DNA from: Octopus sinensis
Taxonomy: Eukaryota
Direction of reading: 5' to 3'
Assembly: GCF_006345805.1 (NCBI RefSeq)
Contig: NC_043024.1
Location: 5,580,001 to 5,644,000, forward strand
Length of the DNA stretch: 64,000 nucleotides
Every line of letters begins with the position of its first letter. The stretch's first letter is position 1. Both the position numbers and the translations under genes were made by a program. Of the stretch, positions 1-11,296 are shown piece after piece. The notes beneath the pieces were generated by a model. That model saw only the letters and a program-made list of their open reading frames with translations, was not told the DNA's origin and searched no databases.

Positions 1-720
1 TCAATCCTTAAAGTTTTACACGTCAATAACTTTTCACAAATTTCTCTCCTCTCACCAAAATATATGGATATTTTTCTTCTTTTTGCTTTTATATTTTATT
101 CCAAACAAATATCACTTCTCTTATATTTCTTCAAAATGTGATCAATGCCAATATTTAAAAATGTTGCAAATACTTTTGTAAATCTATCAAAGTATATTTA
201 AAAGAGAAAATTATCTCTTGCACATTTCAGACACAGAAGTAAAGAAGTGCTTTCTCTCTCAGAGGAAATAATTTCCTGTAATTCAGCAATGTTTTCTAGA
301 AGCAGGATTATACGTTTGTAGAATATCTTTGAAGAGTCTTTCAAGCATGATACATATTGATGATTCTTTAAAAGTAAAAAATACTTTTTAGCCAATTTCA
401 TGTGATTTTCTGAAAGAATAGAAAAAATAATATAAGACATCATGTATGTTTAAAAGGCAGATATTCAAAAGTGCAAATTTACGACATTTCTGTTTTCATA
501 AATTGTAGAAGTAATTCTTTATTTGAAGTATTAAATTTATCCCATCTCTCTATTTTCAAGAGGTTTATACCACAGACATATCTATCGTAATAACACCTCC
601 TGGACATTGCGTCTGTCCTAGACACACACCAATATACATGTCAATGACACTAGATATCTGATGGTTTCACCTTAGTCATGTGTCGTATTAACACAGCTTT
701 GTTTGGTAACATAGACATCA
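1..720 (-). other. 5' UTR/intron flank of a neighbouring C2H2-ZNF paralogue whose ORF lies just left of the window
   Basis: 1-720 aligns by eye with ~6344-7060, the region directly upstream of the 5380-6324 ORF. The shared putative minus-strand acceptor TTTTTTCTATTCTTTCAG has its AG at 411-410. Confidence 0.8.
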
Positions 721-859
721 CTCCTCCTCTGCCTCATTCTGTACATTCGTAAATACACAAATACATAGATACGGGCAGCTTAATGTCAATATTTTGTTAA
801 GCATGAAACAGGGAGAAAAGTCAGTAAAGTATCAACATTCTTTTCTACTCTCAAGGACA

Positions 860-1016
860 AAGCTCGAAGTTTTTGAGGAAGGGCCAGTCTATTAGACTGA
901 TCCCAGTACACAACTCGTACTTAACTTATCGACCCCGAAAGGATGAAGGGCAAAATCGACCTTGGCGGAATTTGAACTCAGAACGTAAAGACAGACAAAA
1001 TACTGCTAAGCATTTC
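860..1016 (-). mobile_element. tRNA-derived SINE, family A fragment
   Basis: Reverse complement of the body GAGTTCAAATTCCGCC...GGGGTCGATAA found in many copies across the window. Confidence 0.75.
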
Positions 1017-1020
1017 ATAT

Positions 1021-1051
<31 letters not shown>

Positions 1052-2289
1052 AACATGGTAGAAGTAAAGACCTGAACCCTTCAAAGGGATGTTTAGCATC
1101 GAAGTTCCTGAGGAAAATCCTAATTTATAACTTTAAAAGGATTATATTTCCCTCAAAGTTACGAGGGAAAAACTCGGATCTTGTGAATTATCCGACGTCC
1201 TCTCCCCACCCCCTCGGAAAAGATTTTCCCCACAAATTTCTTCATAATCGTAATCTATACCGTCTGAAAGATATTTATATAAAATTTCATTTTTAAAAAC
1301 CCATATGAAAGCTATGAGGAAAAAACATCGGATCTTGTGAATTTTCCGAAGGCCTCTCCCCACCGCCGTTGCTTTCCGGGCCTTTTTGTTTTCAGATTCG
1401 TTCCCTACCCTCTTTTTTTTTTGTTTTTTTACACCGGTTCCACTTTCGATTTCGTTCCCGGGTAATGTCAACATACAAGGATGTATATAAAGCTAATTCT
1501 GTAAAAACGTATATGTATATGTTTATATATATATTTTGTATGTATTTATATATGCATAAGTTTCAAAAGATATTAGAATAATGAAATAAAAGTCAGTCAT
1601 GATAAGAGATCTCCCCCAAATCTATTTCCTTAATTTTTAACGGCGACAGTAAAGAATACGTACACCCGGTCTTTAGGGTTGGTTTTAGTTAGGCCGAAAA
1701 CAGGTGGTGGACTCGTTCTTTACCTCCGACATTTTAAACCGTTTCTAGCACGCATAAACATTTCGGCCCATATTTAGGCAATTTGGATTTTGAAGTATTT
1801 AAAACAAGGTAAAAAAAAAAGAAACGAATTCACCTCCTTCGTTTGCAAATTTTGGGGCGCTGTGGAACCCCACCAAAAACTATTGAGGCACGGCAGCAAG
1901 CTTTACAGCGTTATAACGGGTGGTGCGCTGGAACAAACCAAGCACCCTCATGAGGTTCACCAGTTAAAACTACGAATTAAAAGAGAAAAACAGTGGAAAG
2001 TTTTGGAATTAGGATGGAGGGAGTTGGTTAAAAATTTTTCTTTTATTCTTTCTTTTGCATAATCATATTAATTCCATTACGCAGAAGACAAACGAAAAAA
2101 TTGGTAAAAATTAGAAAAAAAAGTTAGAAGGGGGGTTTGCACGTACTTACATCATAACTCCGCCACGTTTTAATGTATTGACGACTAGTTTTTAATTAAA
2201 AGATTATATAAACGGATTTTTATTGTTGGTCAAATTGGGTACTTTGTAGTGTTTCAATACAGAGCCGTTTAATTTCTTCTGTAGACGAT

Positions 2290-3020
2290 AGTGCCTTTTC
2301 GTTTCAGTATTTCAAGTGCACACTCGTTCCCCATTTTTTTGTTACAAATTACGTCGAAATTTTCTCGCAATTAACTTAATTATTGTCAAATTTACATGTC
2401 AGAAACACGGAGAAAATGTTATCTAAACACGATAATGATCTGACGTTAACAAATATAGAAAAATAACCAAAAGTGCAGTGAGATGTCTAAAAGAAAGCGA
2501 CAACACAATGAAAGTATTAAAATAAAAGCTTTACTTTCATATAATTTCGTGTTTGTTTGGGGAGATTCTTTCTTTTAACTTACTCACCACATCCAAACAA
2601 ACAGATGTATATTGAGCTGGTAGAACTGTTAGCACGCCGGGCGAAATGCTCAGCGGTATTTTCTGGGTTCAAATTCCGCCGAGGTCGACTTTGCCTTTCA
2701 TCCTTTCGGGGTCAATTAAATAAGTACCAGTTACGCACTGGGGTCGATGTAATCGACTTAATACCTATGTCTGTCCTTGTTTGTCCCCTCTGTGTTTAGC
2801 CCCTTGTGGGTAGTAATGAAATTTATACATGACACATATACAATAGAAATGTTTATATAAATATAATACTTACATAGTAATGCATATGCGAAGAGAGAGA
2901 GAGTCAACGAAGATGTGAGAATATGTTGAAGTGGTTAGAACTAAAGTCAGAGTGGACAATGATAGCTTCAAGAGAATTTCTTCCTCTTTACAACAAAAGT
3001 TAATTCATATTTTTCGGGTC
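2290..3020 (-). promoter_or_regulatory. Conserved upstream block (putative promoter/non-coding exon 1) of the left ZNF paralogue
   Basis: Homologous to 8770-9290 at a similar distance from the gene. Conserved minus-strand donor-like GTAAGT at 2873-2868. A SINE at 2614-2822 is present only in this copy. Confidence 0.55.
2614..2822 (+). mobile_element. tRNA-derived SINE, family A1
   Basis: GAGCTGGTAGAACTGTTAGC head, GGGTTCAAATTCC B-box-like motif, tail TTAGCCCCTTGTGGGTAGTAATGAAA. Absent from the paralogous block at ~9070-9100. Confidence 0.85.
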
Positions 3021-3169
3021 AACATAAAAAATGTGTAATCATTCGTTTTGAGGAGACAATAAAACCAACTTTCCGTTAGTTTCCGTGAGCACGTGTTGTC
3101 TTGACAAATGCGTGCTTCTTCTTGTGTGTGTGTGTTGCATTTTAAACTTGGTGAAAAAAGCCTTAAATA

Positions 3170-3580
3170 TTTGGGATCTTTTCGGTTTGAACAGCAATTT
3201 TTAAAAATAATTTCCACGTAACTAAAAAATTTTAAACTTCGTATACTGGTAGAATGTGTTTATAAAGCATCTTTTTCTCTTGGCTTTATTGAGAAAATTC
3301 TATAGTTTGTAACATATTTGTTGTTTTTACTTCAATTTCAACCAATCAATGACATCTATTGAGGTAAAAAAAACATTCTGTGCCGTATGAATATGTCCCT
3401 CGTTTAAGAAACAGATTGGGTTTATTTACATTTGTGAAGAAAATAAGATACCCTTCTCTCCACCCCTAACCCTAAAACATATTGAAATGCAATAGATCGA
3501 TACTAGGGTCATAATTATGGGTGACAATTTCACATGACACCGCTAGAAAAAACTGCCGTTCAAACCGAAAAGATCCAATA
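3170..3580. mobile_element. MITE with ~30-bp terminal inverted repeats
   Basis: TTGGGATCTTTTCGGTTTGAACAGCAATTTTT (3171-3202) is a near reverse complement of AAAAAACTGCCGTTCAAACCGAAAAGATCCAA (~3547-3578). No ORF inside. Confidence 0.75.
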
Positions 3581-3599
3581 CTTGTTCTTACAAGCTTCA

Positions 3600-4200
3600 T
3601 GTGTGCATGTGAAATCTCGTTTTCTTTTACAGATTTTACCTACACATATGAACAGTGGCCCAGCAACAAAATTTACTAAGGGAGTGCAAACCCAGGTCCT
3701 AATTTTTTTAATGAAAAATGTGGATTTTTCCAATGTTATCACGTCATACACAACACTGCATTTGCCATTACCCTCCTCCCACAGACACCACATGGATCTA
3801 CCTTACTCACTATCATCTTTGTTTTCCCAAGGTTTACCTTCAAACCCTTGCTTTCAAATGCCTCCTTCCATTTCCAAAACTTCTCTCTCATCAGAATAAG
3901 GTCATCTGCATACAGTATCTCCATTTACGGTCTCTTTCTTGCACTCTCCTTCTCCACATCAACCACTATTGCAAACAACAATGGTGACAACACAGATCCC
4001 TGATGCACACCAACTTTCACCACAAACAAGCTGGTTACTATATATATATATATATATATATACTGTAAATCCTCATGTATAACACCTAAACGTAAACCTT
4101 GTGTATAATACACACCCCTTCTCTAACTTGAGTCATGCGTTATTAAGCCAGCAGCACTTAGTCAAACAAACACTTCCACGCATGCGTAATACAATAATGG
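3600..4200 (-). mobile_element. Decayed RTE-clade LINE reverse transcriptase fragment
   Basis: Peptides VGVHQGSVLSPLLFAIV and LYADDLIL...ESKGLKVNLGKTK in different frames, homologous to the RTE copy at 11763-13277. Confidence 0.85.
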
Positions 4201-4633
4201 TGATGTTCTTAACTGTTATATGGGAATGTAAATATGTTTGCAAATTGTTATTGTTACATGTTATTCTGTGTTCTGAATACTTTTATTTTAATATATGTTG
4301 CTTATTGCAAGTTATGGATGAATATTTTATGACTTCATTGCTTTCAGGCTTAGCTTAAGGTATTTTCGCGCCTGACATCACAAAATGCGTCTGAATAAAC
4401 AGTGCCTGACAGCAAAATAGAAACTCGGACATTGCTTAGAAAATATTTTTCATTTTTAACCTCGTATATAGTACGCACTAGGGATTTTGACCGATAAATT
4501 ATGGGAAAAAAATGCAGATTATACTCGAGGATTTACGGTATACATATATATTATTTTTGTGGGCGGTTTGGATGATATTTTTTGCAGAGTAATTACATAA
4601 CACATAAGGACAGTGGAGAAAAGTTTGATATTA

Positions 4634-4639
4634 TTTATT
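4634..4639 (-). terminator. Putative polyadenylation signal of the ZNF gene
   Basis: AATAAA on the minus strand, conserved in the paralogous 3' flank at 17525-17530. Confidence 0.5.
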
Positions 4640-5039
4640 CAGCATTACATGTGTTTCATTGCCTAATAGGAATTACAAACTATTAGATGTGTAGAAAACA
4701 TATAAGATATTTCCTATCATAAAATCTTCAGATACACATAAGTGTGTGTGTGTGTGTGTGCACCCTTGTCCAGATATTATGTGGTGTCCGTAAATGGCCA
4801 TCATGACCGTCATACTTGTGTAGTTGTTCATTTCCAGTCTTCTGTGTAAAATATGTCTCACCAGGGAAAATATTTCCTTGCTTGGAAACAGGGAAGGTAT
4901 CAATGAATTCAATGTGATCCATAGAAGAATGTAAAAGTGAATGTTAAATGATGAGGATCATCATCATCGTAGTGATATGGTTCCGCTTCTATTTGAATTC
5001 ATTTATGTTATAATTGATCATTATCAGATATCTTAGGGT

Positions 5040-5379
5040 ATGGCTATTCTTCATATTAACAGGACTGTGTATAATTAATTCACCATTTTGAAAGAATGAT
5101 TCAGGTTTAACATCACAGTGATATGTTTTCCTTCCTCTGTCAATGCTCTTTTGATTCAATAATGGATGATTTCATGTCAAAGATTTACCATAGATGTCAC
5201 ATTCATATAGTTTCTATATTCTGTGGATGTCTTTATAAGATACGTCCTTTGTCCTTCTGAGGAAATGTTGTACAAGAAATATCACTGTGTTATGGACCCA
5301 CTTCATAAGGAAAGACTTGTTTAAATCAGAAATGATTTTGCGTAAATGATTTGCCACAGATATCACAGGGGTATGGTTT
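5040..5379 (-). pseudogene. Fossil zinc fingers in the ZNF 3' UTR
   Basis: After the TAG the frame continues [15 protein letters not shown]. Further frameshifted relics KLYECDIYGKS and KTYHCDVKPESFFQNGELIIH follow. Confidence 0.75.
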
Positions 5380-6324
5380 CTACCCTGCATGAATACGTTT
5401 GTGTTGAGTTAAGTGACCGTTCTGAGAAAATGATTTACTACAAATATCACAGCGATATGGCTTCTCCCCTGTATGAATACGTTTGTGGTTGGTTAAGTGA
5501 CTGTGTTTAGAGAATGATTTACTACAAATATCACAGCGATATGGTTTCTCCCCTGTATGAATACGTTTGTGGTTAGTTAAGCTACATCTTTCTGAGAAAG
5601 ATTTACCACAGATATCACAGCGATAGGGTTTCTCCCCTGTATGAATACGCTTGTGTTTAGTTAAGCTACATCTTTCTGAGAAAGATTTACCACAGATATC
5701 ACAGGTATATGGTTTCTCCCCTGTATGAATACGTCTGTGGTTAGTTAAGCTACCGCTATGAGAGAATGATTTACCACAGATATCACGGCGATATGGTTTC
5801 TCTCCTGTATGAATACGTCTGTGTGTAGTTAAGCCGCAGCCCTTGGAGAATGATTTACCACAGATATCACAGCGATATGGTTTCTCACCTGTATGAATAC
5901 GCTTGTGTTTAGTGAAGCTGCTGCTTTCGGAGAATGATTTACCACAGATATCACAGGTATATGGTTTCTCTCCTGTATGAATACGCTTGTGTGTAATTAA
6001 GCTACTGCCATCAGAGAATGATTTACCACAGATATCACAGTGATATGGTTTCTGCCCTGTATGGATTCGTTTGTGAATAGCTAAGCTATGAGCATGAGAG
6101 AATGATTTACCACAGATACTACAGTGATATGGCTTCTCCCCTGTATGAATACGTTTGTGACGAGCAAAGCTACTCCTGTCAGACAATGATTTACCACAGA
6201 CAGTACAGTGATATGATTTCTCCCCTTTATGAATTTGTTTGTGTTGTTTGAATTTACTTTCTTCTAAGAATGACTCTTTGCAGATGTCACAGTCATATGA
6301 TGATTTTCCTAATCCTTCCGACAT
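5380..6324 (-). CDS. C2H2 zinc-finger protein, 314 aa, 11 tandem fingers (finger 7 has Cys->Arg)
   Basis: ORF of CxxC-12-HxxxH units with TGEKP linkers, no KRAB-like or other N-terminal domain visible. An in-frame TGA lies 10 codons upstream of the ATG. Confidence 0.95.
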   Translation of the reverse strand: MSEGLGKSSYDCDICKESFLEESKFKQHKQIHKGEKSYHCTVCGKSLSDRSSFARHKRIHTGEKPYHCSICGKSFSHAHSLAIHKRIHTGQKPYHCDICGKSFSDGSSLITHKRIHTGEKPYTCDICGKSFSESSSFTKHKRIHTGEKPYRCDICGKSFSKGCGLTTHRRIHTGEKPYRRDICGKSFSHSGSLTNHRRIHTGEKPYTCDICGKSFSERCSLTKHKRIHTGEKPYRCDICGKSFSERCSLTNHKRIHTGEKPYRCDICSKSFSKHSHLTNHKRIHTGEKPYRCDICSKSFSQNGHLTQHKRIHAG

Positions 6325-6749
6325 CTCTTCAAGAAAAATGAAATCAATCCTTCAAGTTGTACAGATCAACAACTTTTCAATAATATTTTTCCTCTCACCA
6401 AAATTTATGGATATTTTGCTTCTTTTGGCTTTTATAGTTTATTCCAAACAAATATCACTTCTCTTATATTTCTTCTAAACGTAATCAATGCCAATATTTA
6501 AAAATGTCGCAAATACTCTTTGGAAATCTATCAAAGTATATTTAAAAGAGAAAATTATCTCTTGCACATTTCAGACACAGAAGTAAAGAAATGCTTTCTC
6601 TCCAAGGAAATATTTTACTGTAATTCAGCAATGTTTTATAGAAGCAGGATTATACGTTTGTAGAATATCTTTGAAGAGTCTTTCAAACATGAGACATTGA
6701 TAATTCTTTAAAAGTAAAAATTACTTTTTAGCCAATTTCATGTGATTTT

Positions 6750-6770
6750 CTGAAAGAATAGAAAAAACAA
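6750..6770 (-). promoter_or_regulatory. Putative splice acceptor of the ZNF coding exon
   Basis: Minus strand TTGTTTTTTCTATTCTTTCAG|AAAATCAC, conserved in the paralogue at 410-430. Confidence 0.6.
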
Positions 6771-7081
6771 TATAAGACATCAAGTATGTTTAAAAGGCAG
6801 ATATTCAAAAGTGCAAATTTACGACATTTCTGTTTTCCTAAATTGTAGAAGTAATTCTTTATCTGAACTATTAAATTTATCCAATTTCTGCATTAGCAAA
6901 ATGTTTATATCATAGAGTAGACACATCTATTATAATACCAACTCCTGGAATATAAAGTCTGTCATAGACACACTTCCACACACACACACTAATATACATA
7001 TAAATGACACTAGATTTCTGATGTTTTCATTGCAGTCTTGTATCTTTGTTTGCTAAAATAGATATCGCTCTTTCTCTACCT

Positions 7082-7380
7082 TCATCATCATTGTTTAACA
7101 TCTGCTTTCCACGCTGGCATGGTTTGTGAGGTTTGACTGAGGACTGGCAAGCCATGAGGCTGAACAAAGTTTCAATCTTATCAGGCAAGGTTTCTTCAGC
7201 TGGATGCTGTTTGAGCGTGTAGCGGTTGCCTTTTATGTGCCATGGAGCCAGTCAGGTAGCATTGGCATCGACCATGCTTGAATGGTGCTTTGTATGTGCC
7301 ACCGGCATGGGTGCAAGTCAGGCAGCACTAGCATCAATCATGCTTGAATGGTACTTTTTACATGCAACCTGCATGGGAGC
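7082..7380 (-). mobile_element. RTE LINE 3' UTR fragment with (GAT)n tail
   Basis: Reverse complement resembles 13560-13917 (GGCACGTAAAAAGCACC repeats, GCATGGAAAGCGGACG, GAT tail). Confidence 0.7.
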
Positions 7381-7494
7381 CATATATACAAATACACACA
7401 CACATACACATATATATATATGTATATATATACGGTTAGCTCAACGTTAATATTTTGGTGAGTATAAAAGATGAATAAATGTCAGTAAATAATA

Positions 7495-8208
7495 TGGCGA
7501 TCTTTCGTTTGTAGTAGCACGTTTCCGTCGATGATTTCCGTAAAAAACTTTTATTTTTTTACATATGGGCTTGCGGGAACATTTGAAGTAATGAGAGCGA
7601 AAGAGACTAAGAGGAAGCGATTTTATGACGAGGGAATTTCTTTTGAAGTTACCGAAGCATTGATGTACATGTGTGTGTGTGTTTGATGGGGTGTGGGAGA
7701 CAGACAGTATGTTGTGTAGGTGAAGTGCTTCTGTTAGTGTGTGTGTGAAGAGACAGAGTAATGTGTGAAAGAAAGAGATAACTGAAATTTTTTACTGTAT
7801 GTGTATATGTATGTATCTATGTATGTGTGTGTGTGTATGTATGGCCGATTCAGTGTACACTGAATCGGCCATACATACATACATACACACATACACCGAG
7901 TAAAAAATTTCAGTTATCTCTTTCTTTCTCACATTACTCTCTCTGTCTCTTCACACACACTAACAGAAGCACTTCACTTACACAACATGCTGTCTGTCTC
8001 CCACACCTCATCAAACACACACACACACACACATGTATATCAATGCTTCGGTAACTTCTAAAGAAATTCCCTCGTCATAAAATCGCTTCCTCTTAGTCTC
8101 TTTCGCTCTCATTACTTCAAATGTTCCCGCAAGCCCATACGTAAAAAAATAAAAGTTTTTTACGGAAATCATCGACGGAAACGTGCTACTACAAACGAAA
8201 GATCGCCA
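7495..8208. repeat. Spacerless ~710-bp palindrome (two transposon ends head-to-head sharing a TA)
   Basis: Centre ATGGCCGATTCAGTG-TA-CACTGAATCGGCCAT at 7841-7872. Arms of ~355 bp are near reverse complements, from TGGCGATC (7495) to GATCGCCA (8208). Confidence 0.9.
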
Positions 8209-8275
8209 ATAATATTGATGTCTCGCTAACAGCATCAAAATCCTTAGTGGGGTAATATCAATGTAGGAAAAATTA

Positions 8276-8470
8276 TTGGTTGATGTGGAGAATGAAAGCC
8301 AGATTCCTCCAAAGAGTTTGGCGCGTCCTGAAGAAGGCAATGTGCTGTTGAAATGGCCGCTACGTTCACCTGAGCTGACACCTTGCCATTTCTTTCTCAG
8401 GGAGGGCCTAGTCTATGTCTCCCCTCTTCCTGCAAGCCCAGAGGAACTTAAGCAGAGAATTATTACCATA
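8276..8470 (+). mobile_element. Tc1/mariner-superfamily transposase C-terminal relic
   Basis: KWPLRSPELTPCHFFL...VYVSPLPASPEELKQRII resembles the WPxRSPDLTPCDFFLWG motif. Confidence 0.8.
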
Positions 8471-8769
8471 CTGGTCGTGAGATGTGCGAAAAATAACAGC
8501 TAAATAGCTCATAAATCGCAGTTGATTTTTTTCTTTTTTTGGTTGCATGACTAAAACGAATTCTCGTACACAAAAATTTCTGAAAATTCCCCCAAATAAA
8601 AATATGTGACGAGGGATTATATTAGGTGCTTAAAGCAGCACTCCACACACACAAAAATTCAATAAATTAGAAAAACAGATTAATTCTAACTTTTAATGAT
8701 GCAGAAGAACCGCCAGAAATAAAGACTTCCTATGTCTCAAATAAAAGCTGTTCCATTTCTTCTCGATAC

Positions 8770-9290
8770 GATATTTGCTTTTCGTTTCAGTATTTCAAGT
8801 GCACACTCGTATTTTTATACATTCCCCATTTCTTACTATTACATCGTAATTTTCTCGCATTTAACGAAATTGTCGAATTTACACGTTAGAAAGAAAGATA
8901 AATGTTATCTAAACAAGGGATCGATCCGACGTTTTTACAAATAATTTAGAAAATAACCGAAAGTGCAATGAAATGTCTAAAAGAAAACGACAACACAATG
9001 AAAGTATTAAAATATCAGCCTTTCGTATAATTTTGTCTTAGTGAGATTTTTTTCCTTTTAACTTTCTCAATACATCGAAACAAATAAATGTACATAATAC
9101 GACACATATATAATAGAAATGTTTAAATAAATACTTACATAGTAATAGATATGGAGAGAAAGAGTGAAGGAGGAAGATGTGAGAACTGGAGTCAGAGTGG
9201 ACAACGACAGCTTCAAGAGAATTTCTAGATTTCTACAACAAACGTTAATTAATATTTTTCTGGTTCACATAATCGTAAATGCTGTATCTG
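8770..9290 (-). promoter_or_regulatory. Conserved upstream block (putative promoter/non-coding exon 1) of the 5380-6324 ZNF gene
   Basis: Paralogous to 2290-3020. Minus-strand GTAAGT at 9138-9133 implies an intron of ~6750-9138. Confidence 0.55.
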
Positions 9291-9460
9291 TTTCTTTAGA
9301 CAGTTAATTACCAACCATTTGTATATATTTGATTGGATTTTCTCTTAAATATCAGTTGCCAGGTGGAACTGATCAAACAATCAAGGTGCGTGAGAAACAA
9401 GAACAAGAAATACACTTAATGAGGAAGAGTTTTGACAATGAACAACGGGAACTAACTCCG

Positions 9461-10852
9461 ATTTCTTTATTACCCACCAGGGGCGGCGAAGAGGGGACTT
9501 TACAAAACATTGGGGACATAGAACATTAACATTAAATTTATGAACAATGAATTATTAAATGAAAAAATGATAATATGAAAGCGACGCTCTCGGCCCCATC
9601 CGCCAGCATTACTTACCTGTCCTTTATCACCCATTTCCAATTACAATTCCTAGTTTTTCTATCACACTCTTCGTTTTCCTTTCATACATCTCTATCATTT
9701 CACCCTGCATCGGCACTGTCATCCATTTTATACCCTCTTCCTCACACCTCCTCGCCAATGTCTCCATAAATTCACATTTCACAACCGCGTAACTACCATC
9801 TTCATGTTCGCGCCATAAGTCTTTATTTACCATCCTTTTCGGGTTCTGGGTGTCCCTTCTCCTCGCAACACACAAAAAATAGGTCCTGGGACTTTGTTCT
9901 TTCTGTGTGTCTGCATTTGTTTTTGTTTTTCTTGTAGGCGGGGAGTGGGTGGTATCGCTGTTTGCAGGGGAGGGATGGGACTCAGAGGGTACGGGTGGTG
10001 TTGGGGTTTCGTACAGTTTTCTTTTTTTTTTCTCCCTTCTTCCCACTCTTGCTGGATCTCCTCCTCTTCAGTTGCTTCCCTTTCTGTTTGGTTCTCCTTT
10101 TCTTTAGTGTCTTCCTTCTTTTGGGGTTCCGTAACGATTTCCTTTTCCTTTGGTGGGGGAGGGCAGTAGGCTCTTATGTGACCCCTCAGGCCACACTTAT
10201 AGCACCTGGGCGCCCTGCCCTCCACCCACACTCTCATAATAATGTTCCCCGTTCCTACAGTATCTGTCAGCCCTTCCACTGCTTCCGCCTCCGTCTGCAT
10301 ATTCATGTCCAAGGTAGCACCTCTCACGCCTTCGTATTTCATCGTGGCGTGGAGGATGTCCACCTTTTCCTCGTTTCCCTTAATCACCGCTGCCGTTATG
10401 TATTCACCCTCTGGGTGTGGAGGTATTCCCTCCACCCTAATTCTTGTGGTCCTTCTATTTAGATACAAGGGCAGTAAGTATATTTTCTCGGTCTTCACCA
10501 CCTTGGCTGCTATTTTTTTGGCGACGTTCTCACTTCTATACTGCACCGTTACCGTTCCATACTCCATTCCTCTAGTCAGGTAAACAATTTCCTCTCCAGT
10601 CTGTTTCAATGCCTCTTCAATAACTTCCATATTGACTATTTCCATCTTTCTTCCTCCATTCACGTACACTCTATATTTTATGGTTCTACGATTGAACCAC
10701 TCGCCCCGCTTTGCTGGAGGTGACAGCTCGACTTCGCCGTTCTCCTCCTCCTTCATAAAATTCTGGAAGCCTGGTAGTTTAGCCAGGTCCACCTCTTTTT
10801 CTATCGACTTCATCATTATTCCTGCGTAGGTACTTTCCAGCTTCCTGTCCAT
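9461..10852 (-). mobile_element. ORF1-only LINE-like element (L1/Tx1-type ORF1 with CCHC knuckle, no ORF2)
   Basis: ORF1-like reading frame, ~165-nt 3' UTR, and terminus GTCCCCTCT...GCCCCTGGTGGGTAATAAAGAAA. No reverse transcriptase or endonuclease sequence. Confidence 0.7.
9627..10852 (-). CDS. Gag-like ORF1 nucleic-acid-binding protein (RRM-like region + CX2CX4HX4C), split by a frameshift in an A-run at 10022-10031
   Basis: RAPRCYKCGLRGHIRAYCP knuckle after RIRVEGIPP...MRVWVEGR. ORFs 9827-10852 and 9627-10046 overlap across the homopolymer and join to ~408 aa. Confidence 0.65.
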
Positions 10853-10975
10853 TATTATTATTATTGTCCTAAATTATTATTATTGTCATTATTACCAATC
10901 CTGCCGAATCTTTTCTGTTTGGCTGCACATATGGAAATTTTTAATAATTCACATATTCAAATATATATATATATG

Positions 10976-11062
<87 letters not shown>

Positions 11063-11064
<2 letters not shown>

Positions 11065-11290
11065 TCTTTTACTCTTTTACTTGTTTCAGTCATTTGACTG
11101 TGGCCATGCTGGAGCACCGCATTTAATCGAGCAACTCGACCCCGGGACTTATTCTTTATAAGCCCAGTACTTATTCTATCGGTCTCTTTTGCCGAACCGC
11201 TAATTGACGGGGACGTAAACACACCAGCATCGGTTGTCAAGCAATGCTAGGGGGACAAACAGAGACACACACACATGCTTATATATATAT
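11063..11290 (-). mobile_element. tRNA-derived SINE family B, 3' half, interrupted at its internal microsatellite
   Basis: TACTCTTTTACTCTTTTACTTGTTTCAGTCATTTGACTG... matches the family B tail seen at 19918, 30545 and 32045. Confidence 0.85.
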
Positions 11291-11296
11291 ATATAA

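Noticed and set aside
198-443. 81-aa ORF upstream of the left ZNF paralogue
   Set aside because: The homologous frame near 6720-6750 has an early TAA; not conserved.
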